This document shows, one piece after another, positions 46,912 to 54,402 of a DNA stretch of 64,000 nt. The first letter of the stretch is position 1; every line of letters starts with the position of its first letter. Under the pieces are notes generated by a model, which was not told the DNA's origin, made no database searches, and worked only from the letters and a program-made list of their open reading frames with translations. This DNA comes from an uncultured Bdellovibrionales bacterium (lineage in GTDB: Bacteria; Bdellovibrionota; UBA1018; CAIPTA01): NCBI GenBank assembly GCA_964551325.1, contig CAZKBU010000002.1, forward strand, positions 269,861 through 333,860. The letters are read 5' to 3'. The translations under genes were made by a program, and so were the position numbers.

Positions 46912-48852
46912 TCAGTGAAGCAGGGCGCCGATTCTGTAAGCCAAAAAAGCACCCACATAGGCCAACGCAAACATGTAGGCCCACATTAGAAGCGGGATCT
47001 TCCAAGAATTGGTTTCTCGAATGGCTACACCTATCGTGCTCACGCATTGAAGGGAGAAAGCGAAAAACACCAGCAACGAAAGACAGGTACCCAGATGGTA
47101 AAGAGGCGTGCCGTCAGGTTTCTTTGCGGAAAGAAGGGTAGAAGAAAGGCTCTCGGTGTTCTCTTCGGTCGCGCCCAGAGCGAAGATCGTTCCAAGGGTC
47201 GACACAAAAACTTCTCGGGCAGCCTGGGCTGAAATCACCCCGATCGTAAGCTTCCAATCATAACCGATCGGCGCGAACACGGGCTCGAGCGCGTGCCCGA
47301 TTCGCCCACCGAAGCTGTGCTCAAGAAGAGCGGCCGCTTTTTCATTTTCCAAACGAAGTCTGTCGACATCGGAAATCGACGACTCAATGCGGGAGTCGAA
47401 TTCAGCTGCAAGCTCCTTATGCTGGGGGAATGAGAGCACAAACCACAGCAACATCGACATCCCGGCGATTACCGTACCGGCTTTCTTCAAAAAAACCGCA
47501 ACCCGCATCCACACAAAACGCAGGAGCGAAATCCAGTCAGGAGTCCGATAATGAGGAAGATGAATGATCTCCACGGTAGGGCGGGAACTTTCTAATCCCA
47601 AGCGATGCATCAGCAGCGCCACACCAAGAGCCGCCACCACACCGAGCATATACATTCCGAACATCACAAGGCCCTGAAGACTGAGCCCGGCAACCCGTGT
47701 GGAAGGGATAAAAGTACCGATCAGCAGCGTATAGACCGGCAACCGTGCGGAACAGGTCATTAAGGGCGCGATCATGATGGTGATCAATCGGGTGCGGTGA
47801 TTCTCGATCGTTCGCGTCGCCATGATTCCCGGAACCGCGCACGCCACGGAGCTCAGAAGCGGAATAAAAACTTTTCCGTCGAGCCCCCAAGGCTTCATCA
47901 GACGATCCACGAGGAACGCGATCCTGGGAAGGTAGCCGCTGTATTCGAGAAGCCCGATCAAAAAGAACAAAATCGCGATCGGAGGCAAAAACACCACCAC
48001 TGATCCCACGCCGGCGAGAATCCCATCGGCGATCAGCGACGCTCCCAGCTCCCAGGTGAAATGATTTTTTACAAAATCACCGAGCCCACCCAACCAAGTC
48101 TCCAAAAGATCCGACACTGGCGCCGCCCACGTAAACACACTCTGAAACACTACGAACATCACAGCAAAGAAGAAAATCGGCGAAAGAAATGGGTGCAAGA
48201 CCCAACGATCGATCTGTTGGTCACGAAGGAGGAGAGCGTTGGCGTTTCCGGGTGGGTTCACGCCGGAAACTCTTAGCCCTTCGCGCCGAGCATTTTGAAA
48301 GAGCTGTTCCACGTCGTGGTTCGAGAGACCTTGTATCGGTTCAGGTTGTGCTGCAGCCGCCCTCACGCGGGATAAATGTTTTTTCAGAGACTCCACGCCC
48401 TCGCCGGTGCGGGCCGACACCCCAAAAAATGGGATCCCCGCTAACTCTGTCATGCCCGCCAAATTGAGAATCCTTTTGTTGGCAGCCACTTCGTCGATCA
48501 TGTTCACGGCAACGGTGAGAGAAAATCCCTTCTCCCTCAGCATCATGGGAAGAGTGAGCTCCTGCTCCAAGTTGTTGCCATCGACAACCACCACAACATG
48601 ACCGCGGCCTCGCGATTCTTCTAAATGTCGAAGAGCCACCTGCTCGTCGAGGGTATTGGGTTTAAATGAATAAAGGCCCGGCAGGTCCGTGAAGTCGAGA
48701 GTGACTCCATCTTCTGTTACGATCTCGGCAGTCTTCTTCTCGACCGTAACGCCAGCGTAGTTTCCCACCTTCTGGTTGGCTCCGGCGATGCGATTGAATA
48801 GGGTGCTTTTTCCGGAATTAGGGCGCCCTGCCAAGATAATCTCAAAGCTCAC
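46912..48852 (-). CDS. feoB: Ferrous iron transport protein B
   Basis: 646 aa. N-terminal G-domain 'LAGRPNSGKSTLFN', 'DLPGLYS', then a polytopic membrane domain with FeoB gate motifs. Confidence 0.9.
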   Translation of the reverse strand: MSFEIILAGRPNSGKSTLFNRIAGANQKVGNYAGVTVEKKTAEIVTEDGVTLDFTDLPGLYSFKPNTLDEQVALRHLEESRGRGHVVVVVDGNNLEQELTLPMMLREKGFSLTVAVNMIDEVAANKRILNLAGMTELAGIPFFGVSARTGEGVESLKKHLSRVRAAAAQPEPIQGLSNHDVEQLFQNARREGLRVSGVNPPGNANALLLRDQQIDRWVLHPFLSPIFFFAVMFVVFQSVFTWAAPVSDLLETWLGGLGDFVKNHFTWELGASLIADGILAGVGSVVVFLPPIAILFFLIGLLEYSGYLPRIAFLVDRLMKPWGLDGKVFIPLLSSVACAVPGIMATRTIENHRTRLITIMIAPLMTCSARLPVYTLLIGTFIPSTRVAGLSLQGLVMFGMYMLGVVAALGVALLMHRLGLESSRPTVEIIHLPHYRTPDWISLLRFVWMRVAVFLKKAGTVIAGMSMLLWFVLSFPQHKELAAEFDSRIESSISDVDRLRLENEKAAALLEHSFGGRIGHALEPVFAPIGYDWKLTIGVISAQAAREVFVSTLGTIFALGATEENTESLSSTLLSAKKPDGTPLYHLGTCLSLLVFFAFSLQCVSTIGVAIRETNSWKIPLLMWAYMFALAYVGAFLAYRIGALLH

Positions 48853-49085
48853 GAGACCACCTCCACCGCCACTTGATCGGTCACTTCCCTTCGAAGAGTA
48901 AAAACCTGGGTGCCAATGCGAAGGCTCACCGGATCACCGAGTGGCGCCACCTGGAGCTTCTCTAGCTCGTCTCCCTCACCAAGACCCATTTGCACGAGCA
49001 CCAGACGGTGGTCGGGGGAAAGCGCGGAGAGCGACTGTATGCGCAGGCGCTGACGAAATGGAGCAGAGGAAAGGGTCATCTTCAC
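48849..49085 (-). CDS. feoA: Ferrous iron transport protein A (FeoA, SH3-like)
   Basis: 78 aa. 'SLSALSPDHRLVLVQMGLGEGDELEKLQVAPLGDPVSLRIG' is a FeoA fold. 4-bp overlap with feoB. Confidence 0.7.
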   Translation of the reverse strand: MKMTLSSAPFRQRLRIQSLSALSPDHRLVLVQMGLGEGDELEKLQVAPLGDPVSLRIGTQVFTLRREVTDQVAVEVVS

Positions 49086-49121
49086 AGTCGCCAGGTAACT
49101 CTAATTGAGAATGATTGTCAA

Positions 49122-49631
49122 CTAGCGTTTCCTTGGCTTCTTGGAGTGAGACTTCTTGCCCTCTCGCCGAAAATCCCAAGGAGGCGTGGGCTCCTTGTCG
49201 GCCCAAAGCCCCAGTTTTGCCGCTCTCGCCCGTTCCTCGGCTTGCAGATAGGGAACCCTGTCGCCCTCCGGTAGATCTTTGGCAAAAAACCGATAGTGCC
49301 AAGCCATACCCGCCTCGAGAACGGCAAGGTTCACGTCTTTCCCTGCTTTTACTATTTTCCCTAGGATACGCCCATAACGGTCCCGTTTAGAGAACTCTAC
49401 TTTAACCTGCTGCCCAAAAACTTGGTCCGATAGGAACTGCTTGGCTTTGGCACCAAAAGCCTGCTTTTTTTCGGGTGCATCGATCCCTTGGAGACGAATC
49501 TTTTCTTCCCGTTTTTCCGCCGTAAGAATCTTCACCGTATCGCCGTCGCTCACCCCTACCACCTTACCTTCCAGAACATCAGCTACGGCGGGGCTCGACA
49601 GAATCAAGGCAATCAGAAGAAATTTCATCAT
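49122..49631 (-). CDS. Secreted thermonuclease (staphylococcal-nuclease-like, SNase fold)
   Basis: 169 aa. Signal peptide 'MMKFLLIALILSSPAVA'. 'VVGVSDGDTVKIL...IRLQGIDAPE' Ca-binding/catalytic motif, 'NLAVLEAGMAW'. Confidence 0.75.
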   Translation of the reverse strand: MMKFLLIALILSSPAVADVLEGKVVGVSDGDTVKILTAEKREEKIRLQGIDAPEKKQAFGAKAKQFLSDQVFGQQVKVEFSKRDRYGRILGKIVKAGKDVNLAVLEAGMAWHYRFFAKDLPEGDRVPYLQAEERARAAKLGLWADKEPTPPWDFRREGKKSHSKKPRKR

Positions 49632-49659
49632 GACCGAATCCTAGCGTATCCTCGAAGGT

Positions 49660-50649
49660 ATGAAAACAATCCAAACCTCTCTTACCGATCTCCTCGGAAT
49701 CCAATATCCCATCATTGCGGGCCCCATGTTCTTAGTGAGTGACGAGGAACTGGTGGCCTCAGTTAGTAATGCGGGCGGCCTCGGAGCCATGCCCTCCCTG
49801 AATTGGCGCAGCAACGATCAATTTCGTGACGCATTAAAGCGGGTACGCGAGCGCACGCAAAAACCTTTCGGCGTGAACATTATCGTGAATAAAGCCAACC
49901 CGCGGGTGACTTCCGACCTCACCGCCTGCGCAGAGGCCAAGGTACCGCTCGTGATCACATCCCTGGGAAGCCCGAAAGATGTGATTCGCGAAATGCATGC
50001 GGCGGGTGGAAAGGTTTTCTGTGACGTCACAACCCTAGAGTACGCCAAAAAAGTCCAAGACCTTGGAGCCGACGGGGTGATCGCCGTGAGCCAGGGCGCG
50101 GGCGGCCACGCCGGTCCGATTTCACCCTTGGTACTGGTCCCCTATCTCCGCAAACATCTTTCCATTCCGGTGATCCAGGCCGGCGGCGTTGCTACGGGCC
50201 GCCAAATGGCAGCATCCCTTCTTTTGGGAGCCTCAGGCGTCCAGATCGGCACTCGTTTTATCGCTACCCGTGAAGCCAAGGTCGACGAGAAGTATAAGCA
50301 GGCAATTCTGAACTCCGAACCGGAAGATATTGTGTTGACGCTAAAAATTTCTGGAACCCCAGCAGCGGTGATCAACACCCCATATATTCAGAAACAGGGG
50401 CTCGATCTGAATCCCTTAGAAAAATGGCTACTTAAGAATGAGCACACAAAGAAGACCATGAAGCTCGTTCGCAGCGTCTTGGGCGCAAAAGCACTTGAAA
50501 AAGCAGCCTCCACAACCACTTGGAAGGAAGTTTGGAGTGCAGGTCAGGGTGTGGGCCTGATCGAAGACATTGCTCCAGCCAGCGAGGTAATTGAAAGATT
50601 AGTGCAGGAATTTGAAGCAGCGAAAGCCGATTTCTGCCGAAGCGTCTGA
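49660..50649 (+). CDS. Nitronate monooxygenase / FabK-like FMN-dependent oxidoreductase (NMO family)
   Basis: 329 aa. 'IIAGPMFLVSDEELVASVSNAGGLG' TIM-barrel FMN motif and 'GADGVIAVSQGAGGHAG'. Confidence 0.8.
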   Translation: MKTIQTSLTDLLGIQYPIIAGPMFLVSDEELVASVSNAGGLGAMPSLNWRSNDQFRDALKRVRERTQKPFGVNIIVNKANPRVTSDLTACAEAKVPLVITSLGSPKDVIREMHAAGGKVFCDVTTLEYAKKVQDLGADGVIAVSQGAGGHAGPISPLVLVPYLRKHLSIPVIQAGGVATGRQMAASLLLGASGVQIGTRFIATREAKVDEKYKQAILNSEPEDIVLTLKISGTPAAVINTPYIQKQGLDLNPLEKWLLKNEHTKKTMKLVRSVLGAKALEKAASTTTWKEVWSAGQGVGLIEDIAPASEVIERLVQEFEAAKADFCRSV

Positions 50650-50662
50650 CAAACTTAGCCGG

Positions 50663-51493
50663 TCAACGTCGAAGATTTCTGTCCATCAGGGCATCCAGCC
50701 AACGATCCGGCAGCCATCCCACAATGCGCATTTGAAGCGCCAACCCACGCGCCCCCACCACATACCGAGTGCGCGGAACGCGCGCCGTGAGAGCCGCAAG
50801 AATCACACGAGCCACCCGGTCAACGGGGGCGGCACCTCGGGAGGTGCGCTCCACATCGAGTTCCACCGCTTCCAGATCTTTCCCGTAAACTTCCTCTAAG
50901 TCTTTCGACAGCTTTGGCTTCGCTTGCACACTCTTTTCCCAAATCGGAGTAATGGTGGGGCCAGGTTCCACCACCACCACTTGGCACCCGAATTGCCCGA
51001 TTTCACGGCGTAGAGCATCTGACAATGCTTCCACCGCAAATTTTGAAGCACTGTAGGGGCCAAGGTATGGGGTGGTTGCGAGCCCACTCACGGAGCTCAC
51101 GTTTAGTACCCTGCCTTTTGTGCGCCTTACCCAAGGAAGCATTGCTTGAGTGACTCGAACAAGGCCGAAAAGATTCACCTCAAATTGTTCTTTCCACTTG
51201 CCGAGATCAACACCTTCGACGGGCCCGCCCACGGCGATACCCGCATTATTCACAAGATGGACGACATCAGCCGCTTCCAATCGATGGCGAATCGACGCGA
51301 CGGCCGTTCTCACGCTTTCGTCACTGGTTACATCCAAGACAACCGGCTCCACACCTCTCACGTCTGCCCAGGCAACCGCATCAGAAACCTTACGAACCCC
51401 AGCCAAAACATGGAACCCACTAGAAGCAAGCAACCGTGCTGCGGCCATCCCAATCCCGCTTGAAGCACCCGTTACAAGAACAATATTTTTCAT
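50663..51493 (-). CDS. SDR-family oxidoreductase
   Basis: 276 aa. 'VLVTGASSGIGMAAAR', 'NNAGIAV', catalytic 'YSASKFAV'. Confidence 0.8.
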   Translation of the reverse strand: MKNIVLVTGASSGIGMAAARLLASSGFHVLAGVRKVSDAVAWADVRGVEPVVLDVTSDESVRTAVASIRHRLEAADVVHLVNNAGIAVGGPVEGVDLGKWKEQFEVNLFGLVRVTQAMLPWVRRTKGRVLNVSSVSGLATTPYLGPYSASKFAVEALSDALRREIGQFGCQVVVVEPGPTITPIWEKSVQAKPKLSKDLEEVYGKDLEAVELDVERTSRGAAPVDRVARVILAALTARVPRTRYVVGARGLALQMRIVGWLPDRWLDALMDRNLRR

Positions 51494-51497
51494 TGGC

Positions 51498-52274
51498 TCA
51501 GATCTCCACCGCCTCGCCCGGGGCCGGCGACCACACTTTTACTCCTGGGAGACCATTTCGCAAATCCAATAGATTGATCTGGGGAAGCTCAAACTGCTCA
51601 CGCCACGGCCGATGAGCCTCAAAAGCAAGTAACTGCTTTGCGCCGCTTGCCAACACCAGTCTTGGCAAGTCGTGAGCGTCCTCCGGCTCCACGGCCGCAA
51701 GAAGAACATCGACCGTTTCTTTTCCCATAGCGGCCTGAAGACAGGCACCTGTAGTGCGCCGATGCAATCCCTCACCGAAGTAAACGACCCGACCCGGCCC
51801 GGATACTCGATAACCCAACATGGGCGCATGACGCGGCCCCGACAACCCATGAGCACCAATCTTTGCCAAACGTACCGGATGGCGAAGCAATCGTCCCAGG
51901 TAAGTTCTTTTTTCTCTCCAACTGGCAGGCAACAAGGACATGTGCTCCCAACCAAATACATTCACACTCCAATCGTGCAAGGTCAGGCTGGACCCCGAGT
52001 TCACGGGAATGAACGAATCGGCAGGATTACTCGATCGAGCTTTCAAATATTTGCAAACCGAAGTGGAACCCAAAACCGAAATTCCGTGCTTACGACAGCT
52101 CTGAAGATGCGACGCGATGCCCTCTACATGCTCCGGATGCCCATGAGTGATAAAAACTACCTTTTTCTGGTCGCTAAGAGTTGAGCCGGGAGCGGGGTCA
52201 AAATACAGAGGAATACACCCTGGAGCCGCCAGCACACATCCCGACCATCCTTGATACGTCACTCTCAGGTTCAT
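51498..52274 (-). CDS. MBL-fold metallo-hydrolase
   Basis: 258 aa. 'VVFITHGHPEHVEG' is an HxHxEH variant of the HxHxDH zinc motif. Confidence 0.7.
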   Translation of the reverse strand: MNLRVTYQGWSGCVLAAPGCIPLYFDPAPGSTLSDQKKVVFITHGHPEHVEGIASHLQSCRKHGISVLGSTSVCKYLKARSSNPADSFIPVNSGSSLTLHDWSVNVFGWEHMSLLPASWREKRTYLGRLLRHPVRLAKIGAHGLSGPRHAPMLGYRVSGPGRVVYFGEGLHRRTTGACLQAAMGKETVDVLLAAVEPEDAHDLPRLVLASGAKQLLAFEAHRPWREQFELPQINLLDLRNGLPGVKVWSPAPGEAVEI

Positions 52275-52276
52275 TC

Positions 52277-53713
52277 TTAACCTGCCAATCCGCCGCCATG
52301 ACTGAGCACTTGCGGGGTCACTTCACATGGAATGTCGAGATGAGCCCTCTGATAGGCCCGGAAATTTTTCCAAACTCCCCACAACACCTTAAAAATGTGT
52401 GGCCGAAAGAGCATGCCGGGGCGGTGGAAAAGAAGGTGCTTGATCACCCGGAACACTGAGCGCCCGCTAAACTCCATCTGCAGGCGATAAAGATCCCGCG
52501 GCGGAAGCTTGGTGGGCAAAACAAAATGCTGCAGGTCAAAAAGCGCCGGATCATGAGTAAGAAGATCCTTCCTGATTTGCCGATAGAGAGGTGTCCCAGG
52601 AAACGGAGTTAAAGGGGTGTATTCGGTAAGTAGAATCGATGGCCGCTGACGCACATACCGGTCGATCTTTTCAAAATCTTCCCGCGTAAATGAAGGCTCC
52701 ACCAGAAATCCAGCGCTGAGATAGAACCCTAGCTCCTCGGCGATTCTTATCGCCTCTTCATTTACAGTCGCACTTGTACCCTTTCCTGCCCGCTTGAGCG
52801 CCGCTTCATCAATGGCCTCCAATCCCGACATCACCAGGAAAAGGCCGGCTTTTGCCCAAAGCGCATACACGTCCCTGTGATTCACAATCGAATCCGTACG
52901 TGCATAGACGAAGTAACGCTTCTTCACCCCACCATCGATCAGCATCTGCGCGAGCGTTCTCATCCGATCCGCGTCTATGAACGAATGATCGTCGCAAAAG
53001 ACAACAAAATCTTCTTTCAAGGATCGAATTTCCTCATACATCAGCTCGGGGGAGCGAGGAATAAAGCGCCCTTTGGAATACACCCTCACGGAACAAAAAG
53101 TGCAGTGAGAGGTGCATCCGAACGAAGTACGCACCGCCGCCACGGACGGCTCAAAAAGGTAATAGTAACGACCCCGATATCGGGCCGTAAGACTCCGATC
53201 TGGAATCGGATAGGCGTTCATGTCGTGAGGCAGCGGTCGCGGCGTAGTGAAACTCACGGTTCCGTTGGATTGAGGAATGGCCAGACCTTGGATCGCCAGG
53301 TAGTCAGAGTCCCCTCTCGCGCGGGCGTCGCAGATCTCACGGAAGGTCTCCACTCCCTCTCCAATTACAATTAAGTTCACTGCAGGATCGGAAAAATCCT
53401 CTGGCCTCATGGTCGCATGATGCCCACCCACGACCGTAAAGCACTCTGGATAACGCCGCCTCACAGTCCGTAACGCATCGAGAGCCGTGGATCGGTGCAC
53501 AATCTCCGAGGTAACCCCAACGATATCAGGCATAAACTCTTGAAGAGCTTCCTCCAGATCGTTCGGCTCCACCTCCATATCAACCAGGCGCACCTCATGC
53601 AGCCCCTTCACGCTTGCGCCAATCATCTCAAGACCGAGCGGTTCGAGCTTGGCAATGTGCCTAAGCCCGATCGTTTTGGAGTCGCAGGCTGGATTGATTA
53701 AAAGAATGCGCAT
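52277..53713 (-). CDS. B12-binding-domain radical SAM protein
   Basis: 478 aa. N-terminal cobalamin-binding Rossmann ('MRILLINPACD...LGLEMIGASV'), radical SAM cluster motif 'CTSHCTFC' (Cx3Cx2C). Stop/start spacing of 2-4 bp to the downstream MBL and SDR genes. Confidence 0.85.
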   Translation of the reverse strand: MRILLINPACDSKTIGLRHIAKLEPLGLEMIGASVKGLHEVRLVDMEVEPNDLEEALQEFMPDIVGVTSEIVHRSTALDALRTVRRRYPECFTVVGGHHATMRPEDFSDPAVNLIVIGEGVETFREICDARARGDSDYLAIQGLAIPQSNGTVSFTTPRPLPHDMNAYPIPDRSLTARYRGRYYYLFEPSVAAVRTSFGCTSHCTFCSVRVYSKGRFIPRSPELMYEEIRSLKEDFVVFCDDHSFIDADRMRTLAQMLIDGGVKKRYFVYARTDSIVNHRDVYALWAKAGLFLVMSGLEAIDEAALKRAGKGTSATVNEEAIRIAEELGFYLSAGFLVEPSFTREDFEKIDRYVRQRPSILLTEYTPLTPFPGTPLYRQIRKDLLTHDPALFDLQHFVLPTKLPPRDLYRLQMEFSGRSVFRVIKHLLFHRPGMLFRPHIFKVLWGVWKNFRAYQRAHLDIPCEVTPQVLSHGGGLAG

Positions 53714-53850
53714 CGAGCCCCCCGGAAAGCCCCAACGAAATAAAATGATCCGGGTAAGATGAGGGGGAAGCGCCCTTAGGGGATATGATCTGAATCATAG
53801 GGAAGGTGGCGCCACTCCGCCCTCACAAATCTAAACGCGTGGTGCCGACC

Positions 53851-53889
53851 AAAAAACAAAACCGGCGCCAGGATCTCTCCTCGCGCCGG
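53851..53889 (-). terminator. Candidate Rho-independent terminator for the SWIB gene
   Basis: CCGGCGC / GCGCCGG 7-bp stem with a 14-nt loop. On the transcribed (minus) strand it is followed by TTTTGTTTTTT. Confidence 0.45.
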
Positions 53890-53913
53890 AATTTCAATTT
53901 CTCAAAGAAGAAA

Positions 53914-54240
53914 TTACGAGAGGTGCTTAGCCACCAGTTTCGTCATTTCGAACATGTTCACGGTAGCCTTACCACCGAACACAGCCTTCAGCTTAGCATC
54001 GGCGTGAATGTTACGACGTTGCTTAGGGTCCTGGAGCTTGTTCTTCTTGATGTACGCCCAGAGCTTCTTGGTCACTTCCGTACGAGGAAGCGGCTTGGCG
54101 CCTACTACAGCAGCGAGGCTGGCGCTCGGGGTGAGAGCCTTCATGAAAGCAGCATTCGGCTTGCGCTTCGTCTTAGCCTTCTTGGTAGCCTTCTTAGTGG
54201 TTTTAGCTTTCTTAGCAGTTTTCTTGGTCTTCTTTGCCAT
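53914..54240 (-). CDS. SWIB/MDM2-domain protein with N-terminal lysine-rich histone-H1-like tail
   Basis: 108 aa. N-terminal 'AKKTKKTAKKAKTTKKATKKAKTKRK' followed by 'MKALTPSASLAAVVGAKPLPRTEVTKKLWAYIKKNKLQDPKQRRNIHADAKLKAVFGGKATVNMFEMTKLVAKHL', which matches the SWIB/MDM2 fold consensus. Confidence 0.75.
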   Translation of the reverse strand: MAKKTKKTAKKAKTTKKATKKAKTKRKPNAAFMKALTPSASLAAVVGAKPLPRTEVTKKLWAYIKKNKLQDPKQRRNIHADAKLKAVFGGKATVNMFEMTKLVAKHLS

Positions 54241-54285
54241 TAGTTTGGGTCTCCTTATGAGTTTGAGTGTTACAGCTTTTCAGCC

Positions 54286-54402
54286 GTTTTCAATAGGAAA
54301 AATCAAAATTTCACAGGAGAAATGACGTTTTTCCGAAAATTCGCACGTTTTTCATAGGGGAAAACGCAAATTCTCCTATGAAAAACACCATTCACCACTC
54401 GA
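54286..54402. repeat. Repeat-dense regulatory region upstream of the SWIB gene (imperfect 13-nt inverted repeat plus reiterated (T)ATAGGRAAAA motifs)
   Basis: AGGAGAAATGACG (54315-54327) is inverted relative to CGCAAATTCTCCT (54365-54377). Direct repeats 'CGTTTTTC' x2. 'caatagGAAAAAtc', 'catagGGGAAAAcg' and 'ctatGAAAAAca' recur three times. Confidence 0.4.

Noticed and set aside
46891-46927. Inverted repeat GCCCTGC...GCAGGGC spanning the feoB stop codon, plus a CAGAGC/GCTCTG hairpin at 46873-46890
   Set aside because: The stems are short and there is no U-rich tract on either strand. A bidirectional terminator between convergent metG and feoB is possible but not supported well enough to annotate.
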